Shown here: positions 8,944-19,099 of the stretch, one piece after another | How the letters are laid out: each line of letters opens with the position of its first letter | Numbering within the stretch: position 1 is the first letter of the stretch | DNA from: Pseudomonadota bacterium | Lineage (GTDB): Bacteria; Pseudomonadota; Alphaproteobacteria; Rickettsiales; UBA8987 | Assembly (NCBI GenBank): GCA_048498735.1 | Contig: JBEHXK010000008.1 | Coordinates: forward strand, 2,604 to 66,603 | Direction: 5' to 3' | Length of the DNA: 64,000 nucleotides | Translations under genes and position numbers: made by a program | Notes under the pieces: generated by a model | Databases searched by the model: none | What the model saw: only the letters and a program-made list of their open reading frames with translations | Told to the model about the DNA's origin: nothing

Positions 8944-11160
8944 CTATTCAAACTTATTGTTACGGGAAATGCCGGTAGGCGCGGCGCGACCTTTTGCCGC
9001 ACGTTTTGCTACCCATGATTTCAGATCAGAAATATTTGATTCCTTAGAACCATTTTTTATCGCCAGGCCTTCAGAAAGATTAAAGACCTTTATATCAGTC
9101 AGATTGCCATCTTTGAATTTCTGCAAGGTTACACCCTGGCCTCTTTTCAGGTTAGGAACCTCGGCAACGGCAAATACCAGCATTAATCTATTGTCACCGA
9201 TTGTAGCGACGTGAGAGCCAGTAACTTTAACATATTTCAGGGCAGTTTCCCCGACATGGATGTTCAATACCTGACGGCCGGATTTTGTCTGGGCAAGAAT
9301 ATCAGAAGCATTAACAACAAATCCACGCCCCTTGCTTGAAGCGACAAGATATTTGGCAGCCTCATCATAAATATCCAAACCGAGAACATCTTCATCTTCT
9401 TTGAGTTCCAGAGATAAGCGTATCGGATCACCAAAACCTTTTCCGCCCGCTATCTTATCGGCGTTCAAAGTATAAACCTTGCCGCTGGTCGAGAAGAACA
9501 GGATTTTATCGGTTGTAAGTGCTTTAAGAATGAATTTTTCTTTATCGCCATCTTTATATTTTACAGAATCAACATCAAGATTATGGCCTTTAAAGGCGCG
9601 GATCCAGCCCTGCTCAGACATTACAATTGTTACAGGTTCTTTTTCGATGAAGGCATCAAGTGAAATAACAGCGGTTTTAAGTTCTTTATTAACAATGCTG
9701 GTTTTGCGTTTGCCAAGAGGGGTTTTCTTGCCGAAAGTGGTTTGAACAAGTTTGATACCGTTCGCTACTTCTTTCTTTAAAACCTTCTCATCAGAAAGAA
9801 GTTCTTCAAGCTCTTTTTTCTCGGCGAGCAATGCCTGATTTTCGCGGCGGATCTCCATTTCTTCAAGTTTGCGAAGAGAGCGTAACCTTGTATTTAATAT
9901 AGCTTCTGCCTGATTTTTTGTGAGTGAGAATTTCTTCATCATCACTTCTGCCGGCTCATCTTCCTCACGGATTATTTTGATGATCTTATCCAGGTTCAGA
10001 TATACGACCAGTAACCCGCCTAATATCTCTAAACGGTTTTCAATCTTGCCTAAGCGGAACTTGGTTCTTCTAGTGATGACTTCCTTGTTGTGCTCGATGA
10101 AAGCTGAAAGAACCTCTTTCAAATTCATTACTTTTGGCAGGCCATTTTTATCAAGTGCATTCAGGTTCAGGCCATATTTGATCTCAAGATCGCATGAGCG
10201 GAAGAGTGATTCCATCAAAATCTCAGGATCAATATTCCTAGTTTTAGGTTCAAGAATGATGCGGATGGTTTCAGCAGATTCATCGCGTATATTGCCAAGC
10301 AGTGGAGTTTTTTTATTCTCAAGATTCTCAGCCATTCTTTCAAGCAGGCGCGATTTCTGAACCTGATAAGGAATTTCTGTAACAACGATCTGGAACTGAT
10401 TATGTGAAAGCTCTTCGGTCTTCCATTTTGCACGAAGCCTGAAAGAGCCGCGACCCGTTTCATATGCATTCTTAATTGCAGATTTTGATTCGATCAAAAT
10501 ACCGCCGGTCGGGAAATCTGGGCCTTGGATAAATTCAAGCAGCTCATCAACTGTACTTGAAGGTTTTTTAAGAAGCTGCAATGCAGCGTCACAAATTTCT
10601 TCCACATTATGCGGTGGGATCGAAGTGGCCATACCAACAGCGATACCTTCACTGCCATTTGCAAGCAGGTTAGGGAAGAATGCCGGAAGAACTACAGGCT
10701 CTTCATCCTGGTTGTCATAAGTAGGGCGGAAATCAACAGTATCTTTATCGATATCTTTAAGCATGAAGCTTGCAACTTCTGTCAGGCGCGCTTCGGTATA
10801 ACGCATTGCAGCTGCGTTATCACCATCGATCGAACCAAAGTTACCCTGGCCATCAACCAGTGGATAGCGTACTGAAAAATTCTGCGCCAGGCGAACAAGG
10901 GCATCATAAACGGCAACATCACCATGCGGGTGGTATTTACCAATCACATCACCAACAACGCGGGCACATTTTTTGAAACCAGAATCAGGATCAAGCTTTA
11001 ACAAATACATTGCCCAGAGCAGGCGGCGGTGAACAGGTTTCAAGCCATCGCGGGCATCAGGCAGAGAGCGGGAGGTGATGGTGGAAAGGGCATAAGCGAG
11101 ATATTTCTCACTCAGCACTTCCTTGAAGTTGATAATCTCTATTTTGTCCTGCTTCGCCAT
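8944..11160 (-). CDS. parC: DNA topoisomerase IV subunit A
   Basis: DGLKPVHRR, FKKCARVVGDVIGKYHPHGD and AAMRYTEARL motifs; 738 aa with no GyrA box. Confidence 0.94.
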   Translation of the reverse strand: MAKQDKIEIINFKEVLSEKYLAYALSTITSRSLPDARDGLKPVHRRLLWAMYLLKLDPDSGFKKCARVVGDVIGKYHPHGDVAVYDALVRLAQNFSVRYPLVDGQGNFGSIDGDNAAAMRYTEARLTEVASFMLKDIDKDTVDFRPTYDNQDEEPVVLPAFFPNLLANGSEGIAVGMATSIPPHNVEEICDAALQLLKKPSSTVDELLEFIQGPDFPTGGILIESKSAIKNAYETGRGSFRLRAKWKTEELSHNQFQIVVTEIPYQVQKSRLLERMAENLENKKTPLLGNIRDESAETIRIILEPKTRNIDPEILMESLFRSCDLEIKYGLNLNALDKNGLPKVMNLKEVLSAFIEHNKEVITRRTKFRLGKIENRLEILGGLLVVYLNLDKIIKIIREEDEPAEVMMKKFSLTKNQAEAILNTRLRSLRKLEEMEIRRENQALLAEKKELEELLSDEKVLKKEVANGIKLVQTTFGKKTPLGKRKTSIVNKELKTAVISLDAFIEKEPVTIVMSEQGWIRAFKGHNLDVDSVKYKDGDKEKFILKALTTDKILFFSTSGKVYTLNADKIAGGKGFGDPIRLSLELKEDEDVLGLDIYDEAAKYLVASSKGRGFVVNASDILAQTKSGRQVLNIHVGETALKYVKVTGSHVATIGDNRLMLVFAVAEVPNLKRGQGVTLQKFKDGNLTDIKVFNLSEGLAIKNGSKESNISDLKSWVAKRAAKGRAAPTGISRNNKFE

Positions 11161-11896
11161 TCAAACTTGCCATTCTTAATAACTCATTGCGGAACTGAAT
11201 GCAGGCAGAAGGAATTTTCGCCAGGCTTTCCGCAAAGAAATGTTTGGCGAGAAAATATCGGGTAATTTCAAGGCCGTCAATAACTTCCTGCATTGAGTTA
11301 GGCAGATTTTCAGCCGTTTCGAAAGGCTCCAGGAAAAATTTAGGTATCGAGAACAGGCGATTTTTATAAGGCTCGCCTACATCTTTTGCTACTGCCGATC
11401 CGGTTTTAGGGGAGATATAGCTTATATTATCATTGCTTCCCGAAACGGCGCAGCGCGTAAGATCAAAGCCGAAACCGCACTTTTCAAGGATATAAAGTTC
11501 AAGCATTACATAATTTTCCATCCATGAAGGCGAATCCAGATTTTCCATATAATCGATATATTTCTGATAGATATCTGCAGAATATTCACGCTCAGGAATA
11601 AGGGCATCGATCAGTGAGGAAAGTGATGAGATGCTTAAAATCTTCTGATATTCACCGAAATTAAGCAGCGTATAAGCTTTTTCCAGCGTTGGCACTATCA
11701 TGCCAAGATGATCGGAAAGTCGGGCGTTCCATGAGAAGTGTATAAGGTTTCCAGCCTGCAACATGGAGATATTTTTCTGTACGCCTTTCACCAGACCTTT
11801 TATCGGCCCGTGATTTTCGCTCAATATCTTAACGATCAGTGACGAATCACCGAATTTATAGACCGATAGAACTATGCCCTGATCTTCAATTTTCAT
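11108..11896 (-). CDS. recO: DNA repair protein RecO
   Basis: N-terminal OB fold, WNARLSDHLG, GFGFDLTRCAVSG and YISPKTGSAV. Confidence 0.92.
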   Translation of the reverse strand: MKIEDQGIVLSVYKFGDSSLIVKILSENHGPIKGLVKGVQKNISMLQAGNLIHFSWNARLSDHLGMIVPTLEKAYTLLNFGEYQKILSISSLSSLIDALIPEREYSADIYQKYIDYMENLDSPSWMENYVMLELYILEKCGFGFDLTRCAVSGSNDNISYISPKTGSAVAKDVGEPYKNRLFSIPKFFLEPFETAENLPNSMQEVIDGLEITRYFLAKHFFAESLAKIPSACIQFRNELLRMASLNGEAGQNRDYQLQGSAE

Positions 11897-13077
11897 AGAT
11901 TGGTATAATTAATATCAAAAATTTTCCGATATTGGTTGAATGCATATCTATCAGTCATTCCAGCAAGGAAATCAACGATAGAAACAGCTACCTCATTAGC
12001 ATTTTTCAAGTTGCGCGACCATTGCGGAGGTAGCGCTGCCGGATTTGCCAGATAAAAATCAAACAGCTCTGCGACCACACGTTTAGCTTTGCTGGTCATC
12101 ATCAGAACTTTGTAATTCCTATACATTTTCTCAAAAAGGAATTTGCGGACTATCAGAATTTTTTTGGCAAAATCATCAGAGAACTTAACGATCTGCTGAT
12201 CGGCATTACGCACATCATCAACGGTTTTTATATTAAGCTTTCTCAAGTTGGAATTGGTTTCAGTGAGTATATCTACGATCATATATTTGATGAACTGGTT
12301 TCTCACTTCATTGATCAGAACCAAGTCCTCAACATCAGGATTTTTCGCTTTAACATTTTCTATTTCTTCCGAAATGATAGGCAGGCCTTTTAAGTCATCA
12401 AGCGTGAAAAGTTTCGCCCGCAAGCCATCTTCAATATCATGACTATTATAGGCTATGTCATCACAGATTGCTGCAACCTGAGCCTCCAGGCTTGCATAGG
12501 TTGAAAGTTTGAGATCATGAGTTTTATTATATTCCTCCAATGCGCGTGGAACATTTTTCACCGGGCCATTATGTTTGGCAATTCCTTCCAGGGTTTCCCA
12601 GGAAAGATTTAACCCATCAAAGGCACTGTATTTTTTCTCAAGCTTGGTAAGAATACGAATGGTTTGAGCGTTGTGATCGAAGCCGCCATATTCTTTCATG
12701 CAATCTTTCAAAGCATCTTCACCCGCATGACCGAAAGGAGAGTGACCCATATCATGCGCGAGCGAGATACCTTCGCAAAGATCTTCATCCAGATGCAAAA
12801 TGCGGGCGATAGAACGTGCAAGTTGCGAAACTTCCAAACTGTGGGTGAGGCGAGAGCGGTAGTGATCGCCTTCATTATAGATGAAAACTTGCGTTTTATA
12901 TTCAAGGCGACGGAAGGCCGTTGAGTGAATTATCCTATCCTTGTCACGCTGAAATTCAGAGCGGCTGGAGGAAAAATCCTCCTTATGCAAACGCCCATGC
13001 GATTTGCTGGAAAAACACGCATATGAAGCGAGATAGAAATTATTATGTGGCTCTAATATAAGATTTTGGTTATTCAT
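11893..13077 (-). CDS. dgt: dGTP triphosphohydrolase-like HD protein
   Basis: FQRDKDRIIHSTAFRRL, RLTHSLEV, AHDMGHSPFGHAGE and AGMTDRYA motifs. Confidence 0.95.
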   Translation of the reverse strand: MNNQNLILEPHNNFYLASYACFSSKSHGRLHKEDFSSSRSEFQRDKDRIIHSTAFRRLEYKTQVFIYNEGDHYRSRLTHSLEVSQLARSIARILHLDEDLCEGISLAHDMGHSPFGHAGEDALKDCMKEYGGFDHNAQTIRILTKLEKKYSAFDGLNLSWETLEGIAKHNGPVKNVPRALEEYNKTHDLKLSTYASLEAQVAAICDDIAYNSHDIEDGLRAKLFTLDDLKGLPIISEEIENVKAKNPDVEDLVLINEVRNQFIKYMIVDILTETNSNLRKLNIKTVDDVRNADQQIVKFSDDFAKKILIVRKFLFEKMYRNYKVLMMTSKAKRVVAELFDFYLANPAALPPQWSRNLKNANEVAVSIVDFLAGMTDRYAFNQYRKIFDINYTNL

Positions 13078-13134
13078 AGGTAAACCCTGGTTAGAGTTAT
13101 ATTAATACAGGCAAAACCTTTTAAACAGCGATAA

Positions 13135-13422
13135 ATGACCAATATTGGCCTGCAAAATATCATTATATATCTGGCTGTAATAAATCTGCTCACATATTTC
13201 ATTTTCTGGCAGGATAAAAGACGCGCCATCAATGGTGGTTGGAGAACATCAGAAGGCACATTGCTGCTATTTTGCCTTTTTGGTGGAACGGTTGCCGCAT
13301 ATTTTGCTAAAAAGAAATTCAGGCATAAAACCAAGAAGAAAAGTTTTGTATGGAGATATAGGCTTGTTGCCACACTGCAAGCGATGGCACTTGTATACTT
13401 CTTGTTATATAAATTCTTCTAG
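13135..13422 (+). CDS. DUF1294 family small membrane protein
   Basis: DKRRA..GGWRTSEGTL..GG...FRHKTKK signature. Confidence 0.88.
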   Translation: MTNIGLQNIIIYLAVINLLTYFIFWQDKRRAINGGWRTSEGTLLLFCLFGGTVAAYFAKKKFRHKTKKKSFVWRYRLVATLQAMALVYFLLYKFF

Positions 13423-16151
13423 GCGACTTCTGCTTTTTCACCAAGAGTGACATCTATCTTTAGTTCTGAGCTATCATTGAAGGAAAGCATTTCTGCCGAA
13501 GTAACATTCAGAAGATCTCTCTCAAATAAATTAACAAGCTGCTGAGTTTCTTTCGGTGCATTCACCTGAATATTTTTTACCGGATATTTGACCGATACGT
13601 TTGCATCTGCCTTAACTTTTCGTACCTCATTTAGAATTGCTACAAGCAGTTCGCCGGCTGATTCGGCCTCTTCATTAACAGTGTAATCAGAAGTGGATGG
13701 CCATGAATTTTGTGCATGAACTGATTTGATCTTCTCGAATTTATTATCAAGAATATGGCTGTAAAGCTCTTCAGTTATATGCGGCATAACAGGTGCAAAT
13801 AGGCGTAAGATAGCATCCAGGGAATGATATATTGTGTGAATGGCCGAAAAGCGTTTCTGTTTATTTTCAGGGCTTTCATCGTAATAACGGCCCTTTACAG
13901 CTTCAAGATAGTTATCGCAGAAAACATTCCAGAAAAAATCCTCAACTATTGCGCGCGCAGAAGAATATTCATAATTCTCGAATTCTTCAGTCGCTTTTTT
14001 AACCGTTTTCGCCAGGCGCGAGATAACCCATTTATCAAGCGGTTCGGTGATGATATTTTTTGCTATATCATCTTTTGCCGAAACAGGTTCTTTTTCGATC
14101 AGCGGTAAAAATATTGCCGCAAATTTTGTAGCGTTCCAAAGTTTGTTGGCAAGTTTACGGCCGATCTTCAGAACGTCACGTGAGAAGGCAGTATCCATAC
14201 CAAGCTTTGAAGTTGAACTCCAATAGCGCACAACATCAGCAGAATTTTCGGCGATTATTTCATTTGGCGTAACAACATTACCTTTAGATTTACTCATCTT
14301 GGTTTTATCTTCCGCCAGACACCAGCCGGAGATCATCAGGTTTTTCCACGGAATGGAATCTTCATGCAGATATGCTTTCACGATAGTGTAGAACGCCCAG
14401 GTGCGAATGATCTCGTGTGCCTGCGGACGCAGATCAGCCGGGAAAAGTTTCTGGTGGCGATTATAATCAACTGCAAATTCTTTATTTATCGCTTTGCTTG
14501 AAAGTTGCGGTGAAACTGATGATGTCGCCCAAGTGTCCATAACATCAGCTTCGGGAAATAAAAGATATACATTCCCATCTGAGATTCTTTTTGCATAAAT
14601 ACTTGGAGCTGGGTTTGAATTTTGAACTAAACTTACCCCTGCTTTAAACTGAGGAAAATCTAATTTCTCAAAACCCAAAGGTAAAATATTTGTATCAAGC
14701 GGATTAAGAGGTAATTGACTTATATCAGCTACAATAATTTCTTCATTACCCCAAAGTTCAGTGCGAACAGGAAGTCCTGTAACAGGATCGCATTCAGATT
14801 TATACGCATACCAAACAGGAAATGGAACACCGAAATAACGCTGACGGGAAATGCACCAATCCCACGAAAGCCCATCGATCCATTGCTCGATGCGATGATG
14901 CATGAATTCCGGGCGCCACACGCATTCAGCGGCTTTTTTCTTTAAGCCCTCTTTGTGATCAATAACTTTTACGAACCATTGATAAGTTGGGATTAATTCC
15001 AGAGGTGAGCCAGAACGTTCAGCGCATTTTACATTATGTTTGATTGGCTTTTTCTCTTTCGCAGTTAGGTCATTCTGCTCCAAGAGTTCTATGGATTTCA
15101 TTTTCGCAGAAAGTTTTTTATCCTGATGATCAGTTTTTACATTCTCAAGATTTTGAAATATTTCTTTTGTCTTAGCTGCATCTAAACAAGGCCAGTTATC
15201 AAAATCAGTTTGCCCGATTCTGAGTTTGCCGAATTTATCAATGATGATACGCAGTTCAAGATTATGTTTACGCTGCCAGAAGATATCGGTTTCATCACCG
15301 AAGGTACAGCACATCACAACGCCAGTGCCTTTTTCCTTATCAACCTTATCATCGCCGATTATTGGGACGATTGCGTTAAATAAAGGTGTTACAGCCTTTT
15401 TACCTTTATATTTTGCCAGATCATCCGGGTGAACAACCAAGGCTACGCACGCTGCCAGAAGTTCCGGGCGAGTTGTCATGATCTCAACTTTTTCTAGACC
15501 TTCCCACTTAGTATTTTTGATATCAGCATTTTCATCGATCAGGCCGAACCAGATAAAATTCTCAAAACTATCAAGTTCCTTTTCTTCGACTTCTGCCTGG
15601 GCGATCGCAGTTTGATCTATCGGGTCCCAGAACATAGGTTGCAGTTTGCGATATACCTCATTCTTTTTATACAGATCTAAAAATGAAAGCTGTGAAATGC
15701 GACGTGATTCATCAGAGATGGTATGATATTCCTGATTCCAATCCACGGAAAGGGCAATAGACTCGAAAAGTGAACGGAAATCTTTACGTGCTTGGTCAGT
15801 TACCTCTTCACACATTTTGATGAATTCTTCGCGTGAATGCAGATGTGCTTTAGTCTTTTTGGTTTTTTCAACTAAACGTTCTGTAGGCAGGCCATTATCA
15901 TCAAAACCCATAGGGTAGAAAACGTTTTTGCCGGTCATACGCTGGAAGCGAGCGATGAAATCCGCCTGGGTATAGCTGAATATATGGCCCATATGAAGAT
16001 GGCCGGAAACTGTTGGAGGAGGAGTGTCGATCACGAAGGATTTATCGCGTGCGATATTTTCATTCCAGTTATAAACGCCAGATTCAAACCAGAGTTTCTG
16101 CCACTTCTTTTCAACTTCGGCAGCGTTATAATTTTGAGGTAATTCTTTCAT
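13419..16151 (-). CDS. valS: Valine--tRNA ligase, type 2 (archaeal/Rickettsiales-like)
   Basis: DTPPPTVSGHLHMGH, GFDDNGLPTE, RPQAHEIIRTWAFYT and KMSKSKGN motifs. Confidence 0.96.
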   Translation of the reverse strand: MKELPQNYNAAEVEKKWQKLWFESGVYNWNENIARDKSFVIDTPPPTVSGHLHMGHIFSYTQADFIARFQRMTGKNVFYPMGFDDNGLPTERLVEKTKKTKAHLHSREEFIKMCEEVTDQARKDFRSLFESIALSVDWNQEYHTISDESRRISQLSFLDLYKKNEVYRKLQPMFWDPIDQTAIAQAEVEEKELDSFENFIWFGLIDENADIKNTKWEGLEKVEIMTTRPELLAACVALVVHPDDLAKYKGKKAVTPLFNAIVPIIGDDKVDKEKGTGVVMCCTFGDETDIFWQRKHNLELRIIIDKFGKLRIGQTDFDNWPCLDAAKTKEIFQNLENVKTDHQDKKLSAKMKSIELLEQNDLTAKEKKPIKHNVKCAERSGSPLELIPTYQWFVKVIDHKEGLKKKAAECVWRPEFMHHRIEQWIDGLSWDWCISRQRYFGVPFPVWYAYKSECDPVTGLPVRTELWGNEEIIVADISQLPLNPLDTNILPLGFEKLDFPQFKAGVSLVQNSNPAPSIYAKRISDGNVYLLFPEADVMDTWATSSVSPQLSSKAINKEFAVDYNRHQKLFPADLRPQAHEIIRTWAFYTIVKAYLHEDSIPWKNLMISGWCLAEDKTKMSKSKGNVVTPNEIIAENSADVVRYWSSTSKLGMDTAFSRDVLKIGRKLANKLWNATKFAAIFLPLIEKEPVSAKDDIAKNIITEPLDKWVISRLAKTVKKATEEFENYEYSSARAIVEDFFWNVFCDNYLEAVKGRYYDESPENKQKRFSAIHTIYHSLDAILRLFAPVMPHITEELYSHILDNKFEKIKSVHAQNSWPSTSDYTVNEEAESAGELLVAILNEVRKVKADANVSVKYPVKNIQVNAPKETQQLVNLFERDLLNVTSAEMLSFNDSSELKIDVTLGEKAEVA

Positions 16152-16160
16152 ATCCAATTG

Positions 16161-16736
16161 CTAATGATTCAGCAAAATATCTTTATAAATTAAAAAGCCA
16201 ACAAAAAGTGTAACGCAAAGCGTACAAAATGTGGCAAAAAGCCTATCTGCTATAGTATCATTATCAGGTGCGCCATAAAAGGTGCTTTTAATGAAATAAT
16301 CCCAACTGCCGCGGCCAGGGCCCATGAGCAGGATGGTGCCAAGCATCAGCGCCCAGACAATATGTTCAGGCGATTGGTCATAGGTGAATTGGATCACAGC
16401 TGTCATAACAAGTAAGGCGAGGGCGCTAAAACGCCCCGCTAAACCAAGAATAAGCAGGGTGGAAAATACAGTTTCAACAAAAGTGCCGCTATAGGCGCAT
16501 ATTTCAGGTGTGAGGAATTTGTGGCCAAAGATCTTTATTTTATCGGCAGTTTGATATTCATCGCGAAACAGATCAATGGCGTTATCAATATTAAAGAGTT
16601 TGGTCAGTCCGGATTTCCAGAAAACCAGCCCCACATATATACGCAAGCCAATAAGTGAAAGCGGTGAGAGAAAATCAAGAATGGCGATTTTTATGTTGTA
16701 AGCTTTTAGAAGAAAATTTTTATTTAATATCCTCAT
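16161..16736 (-). CDS. DoxX family membrane protein
   Basis: R..G.VFWKSGLTK...LFRDEY, LILGLAGRFSA and GPG..S.D motifs. Confidence 0.85.
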   Translation of the reverse strand: MRILNKNFLLKAYNIKIAILDFLSPLSLIGLRIYVGLVFWKSGLTKLFNIDNAIDLFRDEYQTADKIKIFGHKFLTPEICAYSGTFVETVFSTLLILGLAGRFSALALLVMTAVIQFTYDQSPEHIVWALMLGTILLMGPGRGSWDYFIKSTFYGAPDNDTIADRLFATFCTLCVTLFVGFLIYKDILLNH

Positions 16737-16738
16737 GC

Positions 16739-17767
16739 TTAACTCCTGAATAATTTATTAGGCGAAAATGCATCGCGTGCAGCTTCACCTGTGAATACTA
16801 GCAAAGATAATATCAAACCCACAGTAAAGAAGCCTGTCAGCCCTAACCAGGGAGCCTGCATATTAGCTTTCGCTTGTGATAAGATCTCACCGAGTGATGG
16901 TGAGCCGGCAGGTAAACCCAGGCCAAGAAAATCAAGCGAGGTGAGTGTGGTTATGGCGCCGCTTATAACAAAAGGAAGAAATGTTACGGTTGAAATGAGT
17001 GAGTTGGGAAGAATATGACGCAGCATTATTCTTCCCTCACTGACGCCCAGGCTTTTTGCCGCCATAACATAATCAAAATTACGAACTTTTAAAACCTCTG
17101 CTCGCACTAAGCCAACCAGACTCATCCAGCTGAAAAGAAGTGTGAACAGAAGCAAGATCCAGAAATTAGGCTCGATTATACTTGAAAGAATTATCAGCAA
17201 AAACAGAGTTGGCACTGAGCCCCATATCTCAATCACTCGTTGGAAAGTTATATCTATCAAGCCGCCGAAATATCCTTGTATTAATCCTGCAAAAATTCCA
17301 ACGACAGAACTTACTATTGCAAGCACAAGACCAAAAACTACAGATATCCTGAAGCCATAAATTACGCGTGCAAGCACATCACGACCCCGGTCATCAGTGC
17401 CCAGGAGGTTTTCCCAATTAGGTTTTGCAGGATGATTTTCAGTCCGCGCAAAATTGATCGAGCGATAATCAAACTTTATAAGCGGCCAGACCATCCAACC
17501 GTTTTTATGTATTTCATCACTAATGAACTGATCACGATAATCTGCCTCAGTATCGAATGAGCCGCCAAAAGTTGTTTCGGGATAACTTTTAATAAAAGGA
17601 AAATATAAAGAATGATTATAAGAAATTACCAAAGGGCGATCATTGGCGAGTAATTCCGCAAAAAGGCTGATAACAAATAAAATCAGGAATATTATCAGCG
17701 AGTAGTATCCACGTTTGTTGGCCTTAAAATTTTTCCATCTTCTTTTATTAAGGGCAGAGATTTTCAT
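16739..17767 (-). CDS. yejE: Peptide ABC transporter permease, YejE/OppC-like
   Basis: FKANKRGYYSL, ANDRPL, LGTDDRGRDVLARVIYGFR and SLDFLGLGLP motifs. Confidence 0.88.
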   Translation of the reverse strand: MKISALNKRRWKNFKANKRGYYSLIIFLILFVISLFAELLANDRPLVISYNHSLYFPFIKSYPETTFGGSFDTEADYRDQFISDEIHKNGWMVWPLIKFDYRSINFARTENHPAKPNWENLLGTDDRGRDVLARVIYGFRISVVFGLVLAIVSSVVGIFAGLIQGYFGGLIDITFQRVIEIWGSVPTLFLLIILSSIIEPNFWILLLFTLLFSWMSLVGLVRAEVLKVRNFDYVMAAKSLGVSEGRIMLRHILPNSLISTVTFLPFVISGAITTLTSLDFLGLGLPAGSPSLGEILSQAKANMQAPWLGLTGFFTVGLILSLLVFTGEAARDAFSPNKLFRS

Positions 17768-18336
17768 AGAAGATTTTGTGCCCTTACAGCAGCGAGATAT
17801 TTATAACCGGTATAAAGCGTTAAGCCCGCAGCCACCCAGAATAAAATACAGCCAAGATAATAAATTATATTCGTGAAAACTGTAGGTTGTGCGATTATAC
17901 CTGAGGTTAATAAAAGCAGCGTTACAGATGCAAGCTGGGCAGTGGTTTTCCACTTTGCAAGATTAGTGACCGGCATTTCAAGATCAGAAGTTTTTCCAAG
18001 ATATTCACGCATGCCAGAGATAAAAATCTCGCGGCAGATAATAGCAATTGCGGGAAGCACCAACCAGCTTTCTTCAGTGATTATCAAACATAAACAGGAA
18101 GTTACGATCAGTTTATCGGCAATTGGATCGAGCATGGCGCCAAGCCTGGAAGTAACATTCCATTTTCTGGAAAGATAACCATCGAAAAAATCACTTATTG
18201 CTGCGATGAGAAATAATGCTGCCGTGATGATTCTCACATCGCCTTTTTCCAGATAAAATGATATAATCAGGATAGGGATCAAAATAATCCTGAAAATTGT
18301 AAGCCAATTAGGGATTTTATCCTTAAGATTTTGCAT
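17764..18336 (-). CDS. pgsA: CDP-diacylglycerol--glycerol-3-phosphate 3-phosphatidyltransferase
   Basis: PNWLTIFR, DFFDGYLSR..G..LDPIADK and KWKTTAQ motifs. Confidence 0.95.
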   Translation of the reverse strand: MQNLKDKIPNWLTIFRIILIPILIISFYLEKGDVRIITAALFLIAAISDFFDGYLSRKWNVTSRLGAMLDPIADKLIVTSCLCLIITEESWLVLPAIAIICREIFISGMREYLGKTSDLEMPVTNLAKWKTTAQLASVTLLLLTSGIIAQPTVFTNIIYYLGCILFWVAAGLTLYTGYKYLAAVRAQNLL

Positions 18337-18353
18337 AAAATTTTCCGTTTTTA

Positions 18354-18381
18354 CTGGATTTCCTTCAAGTTTTACCTATAT
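18354..18381 (+). promoter_or_regulatory. Possible RpoH-type promoter for tim44-mltA
   Basis: CTGG-N17-CCTATAT, one mismatch from the alphaproteobacterial RpoH consensus CTTG-N17-CCTATAT. Confidence 0.35.
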
Positions 18382-18414
18382 TCTAAATATAACGATAAAT
18401 CAAAAATATAATTC

Positions 18415-19095
18415 ATGAGCGCAAGTTACGGAGATATTTTATTTTTTGCCCTGGTGGTAGTGTATCTGGGGTTTAAGCTGTTTTCTGTTCTGGGCAGGAA
18501 AAATGATGAGGATAATCAGATTGATCCGAGCAAGTTTGTTGTTTCCAGTCTGCCGAATAACATTGAAAAGAAAGAATTAAATATGCCCAAGGCGGTTCGT
18601 ATACAGGAACAGCCGGTGCAGAATAATCTGGATAAATTCAGTTTCGTGGATGATTCAGTTAAACAAAATATCAAAGATATAATTGCCAAAGATCCAAGCT
18701 TTTCATTGGATAATTTTATTGAAGGTGCAAAAATCGCATTTGAAATGCTTCTGAAGGCGCATTCTGAAGGCGATAAAAAAACTCTGAAAAATCTTTTATC
18801 CGATGGACTTTATGATCATTTGGAAAAAGATATTGATAAACTGGCTCAGGAAAAACACATCAGCAACAAATCGCTAGTGGCATTTGAAAAGATAGAAATC
18901 GATAGGGCTGATATAAGCAACAATGTTATAACGATGGGATTAAAATTCCTGACCGAACAGATTTCATCCTTGCGTGATGAGAATGGTAAGGTTGTAGAAG
19001 GTGATCCTAAGGCTATCATAGTTGTTGAGGATAATTGGGTTTTTGAACGCAATGTGAAATCTTCAAGCCCGAACTGGACAATCGTTTCATTGTAA
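18415..19095 (+). CDS. Tim44/TimA family membrane protein
   Basis: N-terminal TM then L.SVLGRK, F..GAK.AFE, G.VVEGD and D.W.FER motifs; upstream of mltA as usual in Alphaproteobacteria. Confidence 0.9.
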   Translation: MSASYGDILFFALVVVYLGFKLFSVLGRKNDEDNQIDPSKFVVSSLPNNIEKKELNMPKAVRIQEQPVQNNLDKFSFVDDSVKQNIKDIIAKDPSFSLDNFIEGAKIAFEMLLKAHSEGDKKTLKNLLSDGLYDHLEKDIDKLAQEKHISNKSLVAFEKIEIDRADISNNVITMGLKFLTEQISSLRDENGKVVEGDPKAIIVVEDNWVFERNVKSSSPNWTIVSL

Positions 19096-19099
19096 TTTC

